NCBI GenBank assembly: GCA_963682135.1
Contig: OY821645.1
Location: 1,152,001-1,216,000 of the forward strand
DNA length: 64,000 nt
Direction of reading: 5' to 3'
Source: Methanothrix sp.
GTDB taxonomy: Archaea; Halobacteriota; Methanosarcinia; Methanotrichales; Methanotrichaceae
Position 1 is the first letter of the stretch; each line of letters opens with the position of its first letter. Made by a program: the position numbers and the translations under genes. The notes beneath the pieces were generated by a model. That model worked only from the letters and a program-made list of their open reading frames with translations, was not told where the DNA came from and ran no database searches. Positions 51,796-61,551 of the stretch are shown one piece after another.

Positions 51796-52893
51796 TTGAA
51801 AGAGTCCAAAATCTGGTTTAGATACAACAAAAAGAACTCCTACAGCATTGCCGCCCTGATGCCGCTGGTAGAGGCGGGCATTGCCAGAGAGCCCAAGGCA
51901 GGCATCATGCTCTACAGCTTTGCCAGCGCCCAGGCACAGGAGGTCTACAGGGAAGTATGCAGCGCTGCGGTGGATGCAGTCTACATCGCCGGCGGCCCCC
52001 ATCCATCGGCTCTGCCAGAAGAGGTGCTGGAGCACTTCGACTTCGTGGTGATAGGCGAAGGAGAGGAGACGCTGCCGGAATTGCTGGATGCCATAAAGGC
52101 GGGCAGCGATCGGGGTAGTGTGAAGGGCATAGCCTACAAACGCCAGGGGCAGGTAATATTTACGGAAAAGAGGACCCCTGTAGACCTGGACTCCTATCCG
52201 CCTTTTAGCAGGATCCTGGCGCCTCTGGAGATCTCGCGCGGCTGCCCCTGGGGCTGCACCTACTGCCAGACGCCGCGCCTCTTCGGAACCTGCATGCGCC
52301 ACAGATCGATTCCGATCATCTCCAAATATGCCCGGCGACATAAGGATATTCGCTTCACCTCGCCCAACTCTTTAGCCTACGGTTCAGATGGGCGCACGCC
52401 CCGCCTGGAGAAGGTCGAGGCCCTGCTCAAGGTACTGGCCGAGCAAAAAAAGCCTATCTACTTCGGCACATTTCCCTCCGAGGTCCGGCCGGAGTTCGTC
52501 TCGGCTGCGGCCTTAGAGCTTATCGTCAAGTACTGCGCCAATAAGAGTCTGAGCCTGGGCGGGCAGTCCGGCAGCCCGGCAGTTTTGCGCAGCATTGGCC
52601 GGGGCCACGGGCGATCTGAGATCCTGAAGGCCTGTGAGCTGGCTCTGGATTATGGACTTGTGCCCCAGGTGGATCTGATCTTTGGCCTGCCAACTGAGCG
52701 GGAAGCGGATCAGCGGTTGACGCTTGATCTGGTCAGGTGGATTGTGGCCAGGGGCGGCAAGGTGCGGGCGCACCGCTTCACGCCATTGCCGGGAACGCCC
52801 CTGGCAGCAGCGCAGCCTGCGCCTCTGGCGGCGGATGTGGTGGCACACCTGGGCAAGATGGCTCTGGAGGGACGACTGACGGGAAGCTGGTAA
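51796..52893 (+). CDS. B12-binding/radical SAM protein (TIGR04013-like)
   Basis: AGGPH, GEGE, RGCPWGCTYC and FPSEVRPE motifs. Confidence 0.9.
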   Translation: MKESKIWFRYNKKNSYSIAALMPLVEAGIAREPKAGIMLYSFASAQAQEVYREVCSAAVDAVYIAGGPHPSALPEEVLEHFDFVVIGEGEETLPELLDAIKAGSDRGSVKGIAYKRQGQVIFTEKRTPVDLDSYPPFSRILAPLEISRGCPWGCTYCQTPRLFGTCMRHRSIPIISKYARRHKDIRFTSPNSLAYGSDGRTPRLEKVEALLKVLAEQKKPIYFGTFPSEVRPEFVSAAALELIVKYCANKSLSLGGQSGSPAVLRSIGRGHGRSEILKACELALDYGLVPQVDLIFGLPTEREADQRLTLDLVRWIVARGGKVRAHRFTPLPGTPLAAAQPAPLAADVVAHLGKMALEGRLTGSW

Positions 52894-52947
52894 CTATACA
52901 CAATCTTTATATTCAAAACAGTACAATAAAGCTATTGGTGGACTCGT

Positions 52948-53340
52948 GTGGAGCTAAGGTTTGACAACTACATTCTAAAGGCGTTCCTCGCTTCCGGCCT
53001 GCTATCGCTGGTTATGATTGCTCTTGCCCTGGGGCTCATTCAGCTGTTTCGCTACGGCTCGTCCTTGCCCTTATCCATAATTCTCACCATGGCAGCGATT
53101 TCATTCGTTCTTTCCGCTTCATTTTTCGAGCGCTACGAGGTGGGCTCTATCATGTGGTCCATGCTGGTCTCACTCATCGCAACCCTGATGCTCACTCTGC
53201 TATCCGGAGGCATAATCTATGGCATAACTGCCAGGGGGCAGTCCTGGGAAGAGCTGCTCTCGGGCCTGGCCATCTGCATGATCGTGGGCATGACCCTGCT
53301 CTCCTATCTCAAGCGCAGCCTGGGCGAGATTGAGTACTGA
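52948..53340 (+). CDS. four-TM membrane protein
   Basis: 130 aa, four hydrophobic helices. Confidence 0.8.
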   Translation: MELRFDNYILKAFLASGLLSLVMIALALGLIQLFRYGSSLPLSIILTMAAISFVLSASFFERYEVGSIMWSMLVSLIATLMLTLLSGGIIYGITARGQSWEELLSGLAICMIVGMTLLSYLKRSLGEIEY

Positions 53341-53382
53341 TTGATTGAGTACTGATTAATACTAGCAGCAATACTAAGCAGT
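53328..53382. repeat. tandem micro-duplications (15 bp x2, then ~12 bp x2)
   Basis: GATTGAGTACTGATT twice (53328-53357), then AATACTAGCAGC / AATACTAAGCAGT. Confidence 0.85.
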
Positions 53383-53388
53383 CTTTCA

Positions 53389-54288
53389 ATGCCTGGCATG
53401 ATGGTGGACTCCTATGGTCGCAAAGTCACCGGCCTGCGGATCGCTCTTACTCCTCGGTGCAATCTTAATTGCATTTACTGCCACCACGAGGGCGAGGCAA
53501 AGCCCAATGGCGAGATCTCGGATGAGATGGTGGTGAGTGTTGCCCGTGCGGCGGCCCTTTTAGGCGTTCGCTCCCTGAAGTTCACGGGGGGAGAGCCCTT
53601 GCTGCGCCCCGGCCTGGCGGGACTGATCGCCCAGATGCCCCAGGAGCTTGACATCTCCCTGACCACAAACGGCATCTTTCTGGCGGAGCAGGCTGGGCCG
53701 CTGGCAGAAGCGGGGCTGGACCGGGTCAATGTGAGCCTGGACTCGCTGCGGCCCAAGGTCTACCGGGCCATCACCGGTGGCCGGGAAGGCGACCTGGAGA
53801 AGGTCCTGGCGGGAATTGATGCAGCAAAGGCCGCAGCCCTTGCTCCCATCAAGCTGAATGTGGTGGTCCTCAAGGAGAACGAGGCCGAGATTTCCGATTT
53901 GATCGATTTTTGCCGGGAGAAGGGCCTGATACTGCAGCTCATCGAACTCCTGGATCTGTGCCACCAAGGAATTTCAGGAGATATCAATGCCATCGAGCGC
54001 CGCCTTGCGGCGAAGGCGGACCGCGTCCGTGTCCGGGAGATGCACCGGCGCAAGAAGTACTTCCTGGATGGAGCGGAGGTAGAGGTGGTGCGGCCCATGG
54101 ACAACACCGAGTTTTGCGCCAACTGCACACGCCTGCGGGTGACCTCGGACGGGAAGATCAAGCCCTGCTTGCTGCGCAGCGACAATCTTGTGGAGATAGG
54201 CACCTGCGACTGTGAGCGGATTATGGGGCTGCTGCAAGAGGCGAATGCCAGGAGGGAGCCGTATTTCAGGGAGCTTTTACGATGTTAG
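53389..54288 (+). CDS. moaA: GTP 3',8-cyclase MoaA
   Basis: CNLNCIYC, TGGEP, NVSLDSL, and FCANC.RLRVT.DG..KPCL. Confidence 0.95.
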   Translation: MPGMMVDSYGRKVTGLRIALTPRCNLNCIYCHHEGEAKPNGEISDEMVVSVARAAALLGVRSLKFTGGEPLLRPGLAGLIAQMPQELDISLTTNGIFLAEQAGPLAEAGLDRVNVSLDSLRPKVYRAITGGREGDLEKVLAGIDAAKAAALAPIKLNVVVLKENEAEISDLIDFCREKGLILQLIELLDLCHQGISGDINAIERRLAAKADRVRVREMHRRKKYFLDGAEVEVVRPMDNTEFCANCTRLRVTSDGKIKPCLLRSDNLVEIGTCDCERIMGLLQEANARREPYFRELLRC

Positions 54289-54295
54289 TTGCGAT

Positions 54296-54522
54296 CTAAG
54301 ATTCATAGTTGGGATTGCCTTTGAGAAGCTCGATAAGCGCATATGTATCTGCGAATAGTTTAGCTATTGATCTCTCTTCGTTCGTCCTTCAGAGATTGTG
54401 CGTCAATCTTCCATACTTTCAAGAGGCAAAAGATGATTTTTTTCTTCAATTCAATCACTACCTCTTCCCCCTCCGATAGGTCCGGGATATCAAGAGGCAT
54501 CAGGACTTCATATATTTAGCCC
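54296..54522 (-). pseudogene. VapBC relic: DUF104-type antitoxin plus truncated PIN toxin N-terminus
   Basis: Minus strand reads ...VLMPLDIPDLSEGEEVVIE..., then (I)AKLFADTYALIELLKGNPNYES*. Confidence 0.7.
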
Positions 54523-54807
54523 GAGGCTCTCAGGAAGGATGCATACCGTCTGGTCGTGCTCCCCCGCGTGCGCGTGCGGGCGAGCGCGGGCGGCTGGCAG
54601 TGCTCAGGCGGGCCCCGGTGCGTGTGGGAGCCGGGCCGGATGACGGAGGATATCGCTGCTCGGAGGGCGCACTGGGAAGCGAGCAACTGCAGCCTCTCGT
54701 GGCTACGGTTATGGCAGAAAGCATGATGGTTGGAGTGCATTAGCTCGCTCACTTTTCCGGCCCGGCACCAGAAGTATTTTATTCTAATGTAGATTATGAA
54801 TATTACT

Positions 54808-55083
54808 ATGGGAACAGAAGCCACAAGAGCGGAGTCTGAATCCATTATCAGGGATGCGCTCCGCTGAGATCTATCTCTTTTCGAGAGCAAGGAGAGGTTA
54901 ACCTTTTCAGAAATATTGGAGATGGAGCGCAAATACGGCATGAACTCCCATGACTTCCTGGATAGATTCCAAAAAGGCACTCTGGGAGATGACCAAGATT
55001 ATTTCGTGTGGTGGAGCTTGGTTCACGGCCTTGAGACGATAAGAAGTCGAAAGGATAAGATAAAAAGGATGCTCGTTCCTTGA
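54808..55083 (+). pseudogene. antitoxin-like gene (ERKYGM.S..F...F..G.LGDD.DYF.W) with in-frame TGA
   Basis: Stop at 54865-54867. Followed by an overlapping TTG ORF start (MISDYFQKVE) that breaks off, resembling DUF6516-type partners. Confidence 0.65.
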
Positions 55084-55262
55084 TATCCGATTACTTTCAG
55101 AAAGTGGAGATCGCGTCTTCGCCTTCCAGTATCAGTCCTAGCTCTATGGGATGAGCCATCTACAAAAACTCTGCCTAGTGTTGGATATTCTATGTTTTTA
55201 AGGCTTTGCAGTAATCGACTACGCTCCAAGCTTTAAGGGGCTTAGGATTAGCAAGAGCTACA

Positions 55263-55829
55263 TTAAAGGCTGCTATTTTCATAACACGGCTCCTCCATCC
55301 ATGGGTCCAGAGATTCCAGAGGCTTTAGCTGTCTGGCTGCTTCACGCACGTTCAAGAACATTCTGCGACTCTTCTTCAGATATTTGAACCCAAAGCCCTC
55401 ATAAAACTTCGTAGCATCCTCTTTTGGGTCCACAACCAGATATCTGCATCCGATCGGACCGTCAAGAGCCGCACCTATGGCGAATAGAAGCAGAAAAGTT
55501 CCAAGTCCACGACCATGAAGTCTCCGATCCACGGCAAGCCGGGCAATCAGAAGGCAAGGATAGATAGGATACTTGCTGACATCTGGGCACTCACCATCAT
55601 CGAGACGATCCACACGAACTGAATCTGCGACCAATGCAATGTAACCTGCAACACGATCTCTGCAAAAGCATATGTGCGTTTTGTTAAGAAGGATTTCCTG
55701 CTCGCCTAATGCATCTTCTTTCAAAAACAGATTTAGATCTTCATCGCCGGAATCGAATGGCGTCAGGTTAAACCTGGCACTCAGAGGCTCGATGCTCAGT
55801 TCATCAGGCGAAATCCTTTCCCGGACCAT
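55263..55829 (-). CDS. GNAT acetyltransferase (AtaT/TacT-type toxin-like)
   Basis: FDSGDEDLN.FL, YP.LLIARLAVD....GRGLG, and VVD....A..FY..FGF. Confidence 0.9.
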   Translation of the reverse strand: MVRERISPDELSIEPLSARFNLTPFDSGDEDLNLFLKEDALGEQEILLNKTHICFCRDRVAGYIALVADSVRVDRLDDGECPDVSKYPIYPCLLIARLAVDRRLHGRGLGTFLLLFAIGAALDGPIGCRYLVVDPKEDATKFYEGFGFKYLKKSRRMFLNVREAARQLKPLESLDPWMEEPCYENSSL

Positions 55830-55981
55830 TAAAATCTGCTGCGATTGGCTCTATAAATTCGTTTGGCTTCTTTAAACATGGCTAACTGCCTTGGCGTAAA
55901 TACAGTGATCTCTTCGTTCTTCCAGAACTCCTTTGCTGCTTCACCTTCGAGAACCAAGCCCAGCCGGATCGGTTTTGCCAT
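55829..55981 (-). CDS. 50-aa putative antitoxin of the GNAT (not in ORF track)
   Basis: MAKPIRLGLVLEGEAAKEFWKNEEITVFTPRQLAMFKEAKRIYRANRSRF; TAATG coupling to the GNAT start. Confidence 0.75.
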   Translation of the reverse strand: MAKPIRLGLVLEGEAAKEFWKNEEITVFTPRQLAMFKEAKRIYRANRSRF

Positions 55982-56145
55982 CTTTCGCACCATCCTCAGG
56001 AATGCTAATTATGTTCCACTATTATTTAATGGTAATCGATCTCATGTGGAGATAGAGACGCGTTAGTCAGGATTGGCATTAGCACCACATGCGCGCTACC
56101 GCGTCCCGGCGTGCGTGTGCGGGGCGAGCATGTGGGGCGGCGGAG

Positions 56146-56672
56146 GAGCCTGGACTCGCTGCAGCGTGAAGTCTACTGGACCATCACCGGTGGCCGGAAG
56201 TGCGACCTGGAGTGGGTCCTGGCGGGAATTTATGCCGCTCTGGCCGCAGATCTATCGCCCATCAAGCTGAATGTGGTGGTCCTCAAGGAGAACGAGGCTG
56301 AGATTTCTGATTTGATCGATTTTTGCCGGGAGAAGGGCCTGATAATGCAGCTCGTTGAACTCCTGGATCTGTGCCACCAAGGAATTTCGGGTGACATCGA
56401 TGCCATCGAGCGGCGTCTGGCTGCGCAGGCGGAGCGCGTCCGTGTCCGGAAGATGCACCGGCGCAAGAAGTACTTCCTGTATGGAGCGGAGGTGGTGCGG
56501 CCCATGGACAACGCCCCAGTTTTGCGCCAACTGCACACGCCTGCGGGTGACCTCGGACGGGAAGATCAAGCCCTGCTTGCTGCGCAGCGACAACCTTGTC
56601 GAGATAGGCACCTGCGACTGTGAGCGGATTATGGGGCTGCTGCAAGAGGCCAACGCCAGGAGAGAGCCGTAT
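56146..56672 (+). pseudogene. 5'-truncated, frameshifted duplicate of the moaA 3' part (53733-54264)
   Basis: Long near-identical stretches, small deletions, a frameshift at GACAACGCCCCAGTTTTGC, and a different tail after EPY. Confidence 0.95.
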
Positions 56673-56798
56673 CTTGGGAAGGATAGGTCGCAGGCCGGGC
56701 GATCGGCAATAATCGCACCCAGGATTAGATAAATTTCTTCACAAGTTTTAATACCTCTGCTCTCATTTTCATCTTGATTAGAATTGCGGGGTGGGGCG

Positions 56799-57233
56799 AT
56801 GGTTACGAACTTAACTTTGGAGCGGATGGAAGGCCAGATCAAATGGTACAGCGAAAAAAGCTCCTGGAATCAGGAGTGGTTTAAGAAGCTCAAAGTGGCG
56901 GAAATCATTGCTGCTGCGCTGGTTCCTTTTGCAGCCGGCATAAGTGCACCGGCAGCATTTACTGGACTTCTGGGCGTAATAGTAGTAGTGCTCGAGGCGC
57001 TGCAGAGCATTTACCAGTTCCAGAGCAACTGGATATCCTACCGGTCTACGGCTGAAGCGCTGAAGCACGAGAAATATCTCTGGTATGCCAGAGCGGGGCA
57101 TTACCTCAATGCTGAGAATCCAGAGGCGCTGCTGGCGGAGAGGATTGAGGCGCTGATCTCCACAGAGAACGCGAAGTGGATCTCGGACAAGGAGCAGGCA
57201 GGAAAGGCAAGGCCGACAACGGTGCAACAGTGA
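56799..57233 (+). CDS. SLATT / DUF4231 two-TM protein
   Basis: QI.WY..KS..NQ, two TM helices, and W..YR.TAE.LK.EKYL. Confidence 0.9.
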   Translation: MVTNLTLERMEGQIKWYSEKSSWNQEWFKKLKVAEIIAAALVPFAAGISAPAAFTGLLGVIVVVLEALQSIYQFQSNWISYRSTAEALKHEKYLWYARAGHYLNAENPEALLAERIEALISTENAKWISDKEQAGKARPTTVQQ

Positions 57234-57357
57234 TGAATAATATTAATTCATTATTTATTAAAATTTTAACTCAGTGAAGGAAGCCTTTTAAGTATGCACA
57301 AATGAATGCCTGTAGGCGATGAGGCTGGCCGAATACAGGAAAAAGGTGTCTTAAAAA

Positions 57358-58692
57358 ATGGCAAATACGCAGGTGCCCTCTGAAGGCATTGAGGTCTTCT
57401 TTTCATATTCCCATAAGGATGAAGAACTGCGAGATGAGCTGGAAAAGCATCTTAGCATCCTGAAGCATCGAGAGTTAATCTCGGCTTGGCATGATCGAAA
57501 AATTAGCGCAGGCGAGGAATGGAAAGGGATGATTGATGAACACCTCAATTCTGCCAAAATTATCCTACTTCTCATCAGTTCTGATTTTCTGGCATCGAAG
57601 TACTGCTACGATATTGAAATGAAACGTGCCATTGAAAGGCATAATTTAGGGGAAGCCCGCGTGATTCCAATAATCCTTCGGCATGCTTATTGGGAAGGTT
57701 CACCATTTTCAAAGTTGCAGGCTCTACCCACAAATGCAGAACCGGTTAAAGACGGAAATTGGAGATCTATTGATGCGGCATTTAAAGATGTAGCAGAAGG
57801 CCTGGAAAAAGCAATAAATGGCTTCAAACAGGAAAATATTTACTTAGAGCCTATTCCAACACCAAGCAACAATGTGCCGAAAACAATAATAGTAGACCAA
57901 ATGCATCGAGGCGATTTCACTAAGATTACAGATGCCATCTCTGCATCAGCTCCCGGCTCACGAATTCTGGTGCGATCCGGTGTTTATGATGACGGGTTAA
58001 TAATCGATAAACCCCTGGAGATCGTGGGTGAAGGCAAACTAGGCGATGTGATAATAAGGACCGTTGGGATGAGTGCTATTCTATTCAAGACCGTAAGAGG
58101 CAAGATATCTAACCTCCTGATCCGTCAAAATGGTGGCGGCAATTGGTATGGAGTAGATATCGCCCAAGGATGCCTGGAACTAGAAAACGGTGATATTGTC
58201 TCCGAAAAGTTTGCCTGTGTTGCAGTACATGGCAATGCTTATCCAAGGATCATGAATAATAATATCCATGATGGGAGAAGTAGTGGTGTTTATGTTTTTG
58301 AAAACGGTCAAGGCGTTCTCGAAAGTAATGAAATCTATGCCAATAACCATGCTGGTGTCATGATCTCGGGTGGTGGAAATATAACAATTAGAAATAATAA
58401 TATTTATAATGGGAAAAATGTTGGCGTTTGGGTAGGTAATAATGGTAGAGGTATTATCGAAGATAACAACATCTACGGTAATGCAATGGGTGGCATTGAT
58501 ATCATAAAAGGCGGCAATCCCTCTGTCCGAGTAAATCGAATAAATGAAAATAGCTATTGGGCTATCTGGATCAATGAAAAAGGTGCTGGGACCATTGAGG
58601 ATAATGACCTTCGTAATAATAGTAGCGGCGCATGGCATATATCCGAAGACAGCAAACCTCTGGTCAAATGCTCCAGAAATCTGGAAAAGTGA
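57358..58692 (+). CDS. TIR-domain protein fused to a right-handed parallel beta-helix
   Basis: VFFSYSHKD, W.D..I.AG, S.DFL.S.YC...EM and VIPII (TIR_2), then repeated N.I..N...G(V/I).I (PbH1/NosD-like). Confidence 0.92.
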   Translation: MANTQVPSEGIEVFFSYSHKDEELRDELEKHLSILKHRELISAWHDRKISAGEEWKGMIDEHLNSAKIILLLISSDFLASKYCYDIEMKRAIERHNLGEARVIPIILRHAYWEGSPFSKLQALPTNAEPVKDGNWRSIDAAFKDVAEGLEKAINGFKQENIYLEPIPTPSNNVPKTIIVDQMHRGDFTKITDAISASAPGSRILVRSGVYDDGLIIDKPLEIVGEGKLGDVIIRTVGMSAILFKTVRGKISNLLIRQNGGGNWYGVDIAQGCLELENGDIVSEKFACVAVHGNAYPRIMNNNIHDGRSSGVYVFENGQGVLESNEIYANNHAGVMISGGGNITIRNNNIYNGKNVGVWVGNNGRGIIEDNNIYGNAMGGIDIIKGGNPSVRVNRINENSYWAIWINEKGAGTIEDNDLRNNSSGAWHISEDSKPLVKCSRNLEK

Positions 58693-58731
58693 GAAAATGA
58701 TTTAATGAAGCTGGCTCGTTATCCCTCCCCC

Positions 58732-59089
58732 CAATCCTGTGCTCGTATCCCATCGCCTCCACCCGTCGCCGCTGGCCTCCCTGCACCATCCAGATCCCCT
58801 CCGCCACCACCTTTCTGATCATCGTCAGGGCGCACACCTTGCGGGCGGCCTCCAGCCCCTCCGGCCTCCCTGTGAAGACCAGCTCGATAGTCCCCCTCTC
58901 ATGCTCATTGCCATCTCCACAGCTCTCTCCCGCCCCACCATCTCCGCCAGGCCGTCGCCCATCATGGCCGTGACTGCCTGGCTCTCGGCCAGGGTCCGGG
59001 TCTCGGCGAGGCGCGGCTCGTTATCCAGCAGCCGCGTGATGAACACGCTCTCCAACTGCGCGCTGCCAGGCCCACAGGCCCCCGCCCGC
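58732..59089 (-). pseudogene. decayed 3' fragment of thiamine-monophosphate kinase (thiL-like), copy A
   Basis: PRLAE.R.LA.S.AVTAMM.DGL, GG-YELVFT and GYEH are recoverable across frameshifts; colinear with 62046-62495. Confidence 0.8.
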
Positions 59090-59207
59090 GCGCGCCCACC
59101 TGCGACCCCGCCGTCTTTGCTGCAGAGATGGCTCTTTTTCTCGGAACCTCTTTGTATTTTAGTCGGAAGATTGAATAAAGATGAACTCCATAGACGCCTT
59201 CTGGTAT

Positions 59208-59504
59208 ATGCCCCAGAAAATTGATGAGCTGCTGAAATCCAAGCGTCAGGAGATTTTAGCCATAGCAGCCCGACATGGCGCCCGCAACCTTCGGGTCTTC
59301 GGCTCCGTAGCCCGAGGAGAGGCCGGTCCAGAGAGCGACCTGGATATTCTTGTAGAGATGGAACCGGGAAAAAGCCTATTGGACCATGTAGCTCTCATGC
59401 AAGATCTCGAAGACCTCCTGCAACGGAAAGTTGATGTGGTTAGCGAGAGGGCTCTGCACTGGTACATCCGGGACCAAGTTCTCGCTGAGGCTACGCCACT
59501 ATGA
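59208..59504 (+). CDS. minimal nucleotidyltransferase (MNT) antitoxin
   Basis: VFGSVARG.....SDLDILV and KVDVV motifs. Confidence 0.93.
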   Translation: MPQKIDELLKSKRQEILAIAARHGARNLRVFGSVARGEAGPESDLDILVEMEPGKSLLDHVALMQDLEDLLQRKVDVVSERALHWYIRDQVLAEATPL

Positions 59505-59845
59505 AGGACGACCGGCTTTACTTGATTCACATCTGGGAATGCATTCAGCGCATCGAGTCTTACTCAATTGAAGGTAAGTCTGCATTCATGGCATCAATAA
59601 TGATGCAAGATGCAATTATCAGGAACTTTGAGATTATAGGAGAAGCCACCAAGCATCTATCGATGGATATGAGACAATCAAATCCCGAAATCCAATGGCG
59701 AGAACTGGCAGGATTTCGAGATGTTCTAATCCATAATTATATGGGAGTTGATTTGGTCGAAGTCTGGAATATCATAGAAAATGAACTCCCCAAAATCAAG
59801 AACAGCCTTGAGCCAATAATGGTTAAGCGTCAGTTGCTTTTGTAA
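59501..59845 (+). CDS. HEPN (DUF86) RNase toxin
   Basis: DAIIRNFEIIGEA and RDVLIH.Y (Rx4H) motifs; ATGA overlap with the MNT gene. Confidence 0.93.
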   Translation: MKDDRLYLIHIWECIQRIESYSIEGKSAFMASIMMQDAIIRNFEIIGEATKHLSMDMRQSNPEIQWRELAGFRDVLIHNYMGVDLVEVWNIIENELPKIKNSLEPIMVKRQLLL

Positions 59846-59907
59846 GTTTCGATACAGATAGTCCTGGTTGTCAAAAATTACATGCTCCACCACATTCTGG
59901 AATGTAG

Positions 59908-60185
59908 CAGATATTGCCGTTGTCCGTGATCACCGGCCCGTCCTTCCTCAAGCCCTATCGCCGCACCAGGGCGCCCCTCAAGTCCCGCAGCCGCGGCTCC
60001 ACCAGTCGCAAGGCAAATGGTAGCACCTCAACGGCATCGGCCAGGTGAGCTTCTTTGCATACAGTTCTCATTCGCCACAATCATGAACCACTTGGCAAAG
60101 CGGGATACCGCCTTTCCCCGCGCACGCCCGCCCGCGGCCCTGTCACCCTTGATAGTGAAATGCAAACGGCCTTCTTGCCTCATCT
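59908..60185 (-). pseudogene. decayed internal fragment of ribose-5-phosphate isomerase A (rpiA-like)
   Basis: Minus strand gives IKG..AA, K.VS..AK.FMIVA.E, EVLPFA and the diagnostic RKDGPVITDNGN. Confidence 0.8.
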
Positions 60186-60339
60186 CCTTTGATGAGCCTA
60201 AGCGATCCTGTAGAAAGACACGAAGACAAAGAGAGGCCTCCGAATTATTATTAATATTTTTATATTCACTTTTCACCCATACCAATAAATAAAACCAACA
60301 TTCTATAGTTGTACGTTAAAAGTAATCCTTCGATCAATT

Positions 60340-61551
60340 ATGCCGGAAAAGCCAGCGCCAACCGAGCGATCAGGCAAGAATCGCAGCATCATCATCCCCG
60401 TCAAGCCAGCCGTGCTAGTCTGGGCCAGAGAGAGCCTGGGCAGGACCGTCGAAGAAGCTGCCGCTTACCTGGGCGAGAGTGAAGATCTGGTGCGCCGGTG
60501 GGAAGCAGGCCACGGCCAGCCCATGCTGCATCAGGTAAAGGCACTGGCCGTTTTCTACAAGCGTCCCCTGGCTGCATTCTTTCTGCCTCGCCCTCCCCAG
60601 GAGCCCTCCCTGCCCCACGACTTTCGCACTCTGCCTGATGAAAAAGAAATCCCGCTCACTCCCAAAACCAGGCTTGCCATGCGCCGGGCAAGAAGGCTGC
60701 AATCAATAGCTTCTGAGCTAAAAGAAGACCTGGAAGGCGAATTATTCTCTCTGCCGGGCAGCATCGAGCTTTCCGATGATCCCGAAGTAGCAGCAGGCAG
60801 AGTAAGAGATGCTTTGGGCGTTTCCCTGGCAGAGCAGCTCTCCTGGAAAAAGGATACGCAGGCTATGGATCAATGGAAGAAATCTGTGGAGAGACTTGGC
60901 ATCCTCGTGTTTCAGATGTCAATGCCGCTGGAAGAGGCGAGAGCTTTTTCATTCACGGATGGAGGGCTCCCGGTAATAGTAGTCAATAACAAGGACGCTT
61001 TGAAGGCCAGGATTTTTTCCCTGTTCCATGAGCTGGGACATATCCTCCTGAATGAGGGCGGCATATGCGACCCAGGTAATTTGAATGGTGATGCGTCTTC
61101 TCCAAATAGCAGGTCCATCGAGGCCTTCTGCAACTTTTTTGCCGGGGCGGTTTTGGTTCCCCGGGAAAGCTTGCTCAATCATCGATTTGTTGAGGGAAAG
61201 TCATCTTCCTACCACTGGCCGGAAAGAACTCTGGGAACAATTTCCGGTGATTTTAAAGTGAGCAAAGAGGTCGTTTTAAGACGGCTGCTCATTGCCGGGC
61301 TGACTACCAGGGAATTCTATCAAAGAAAGCACAACGAATGGATGAAGAGAGAGAAGAAACCGGAATCAATCAAAGGCATAAAGAGAGATATTCCAAAGGA
61401 ATGCCTGCAAAGAAACGGCAGGCCATTGACCTCAATGGTTCTGGATTCATATAGAAATGACAGGATCACCACCAGCGATGTGGCCGACTATCTGGGAATT
61501 CGTGTTAAGCACATCCCCGGCATTGAAAAGCTCCTTGAGGCTCAGATTTGA
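60340..61551 (+). CDS. XRE-HTH plus ImmA/IrrE zinc peptidase
   Basis: N-terminal HTH (WE.G...P), FSLFHELGH, and E.FCN.FAG.VL.P. Confidence 0.93.
   Translation: MPEKPAPTERSGKNRSIIIPVKPAVLVWARESLGRTVEEAAAYLGESEDLVRRWEAGHGQPMLHQVKALAVFYKRPLAAFFLPRPPQEPSLPHDFRTLPDEKEIPLTPKTRLAMRRARRLQSIASELKEDLEGELFSLPGSIELSDDPEVAAGRVRDALGVSLAEQLSWKKDTQAMDQWKKSVERLGILVFQMSMPLEEARAFSFTDGGLPVIVVNNKDALKARIFSLFHELGHILLNEGGICDPGNLNGDASSPNSRSIEAFCNFFAGAVLVPRESLLNHRFVEGKSSSYHWPERTLGTISGDFKVSKEVVLRRLLIAGLTTREFYQRKHNEWMKREKKPESIKGIKRDIPKECLQRNGRPLTSMVLDSYRNDRITTSDVADYLGIRVKHIPGIEKLLEAQI

Noticed and set aside
54560-54740. Assignment of the GC-rich relic to a specific parent gene
   Set aside because: It resembles both a ThiL segment (VLRR..GA.PDD..GALGS) and the 3' end of the radical SAM gene at 52760-52893; too degenerate to call without alignment.
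54865-54867. In-frame TGA (and TAA at 9659-9661) as possible recoding
   Set aside because: TAA is not recoded. The TGA is most simply a CGA>TGA change in a decaying TA gene, with no catalytic Cys context or evident SECIS.
58739-59224. His/Pro-rich plus-strand ORFs (58739-59224, 62053-62379, 62216-62608)
   Set aside because: They are antisense readings of the thiL relics.
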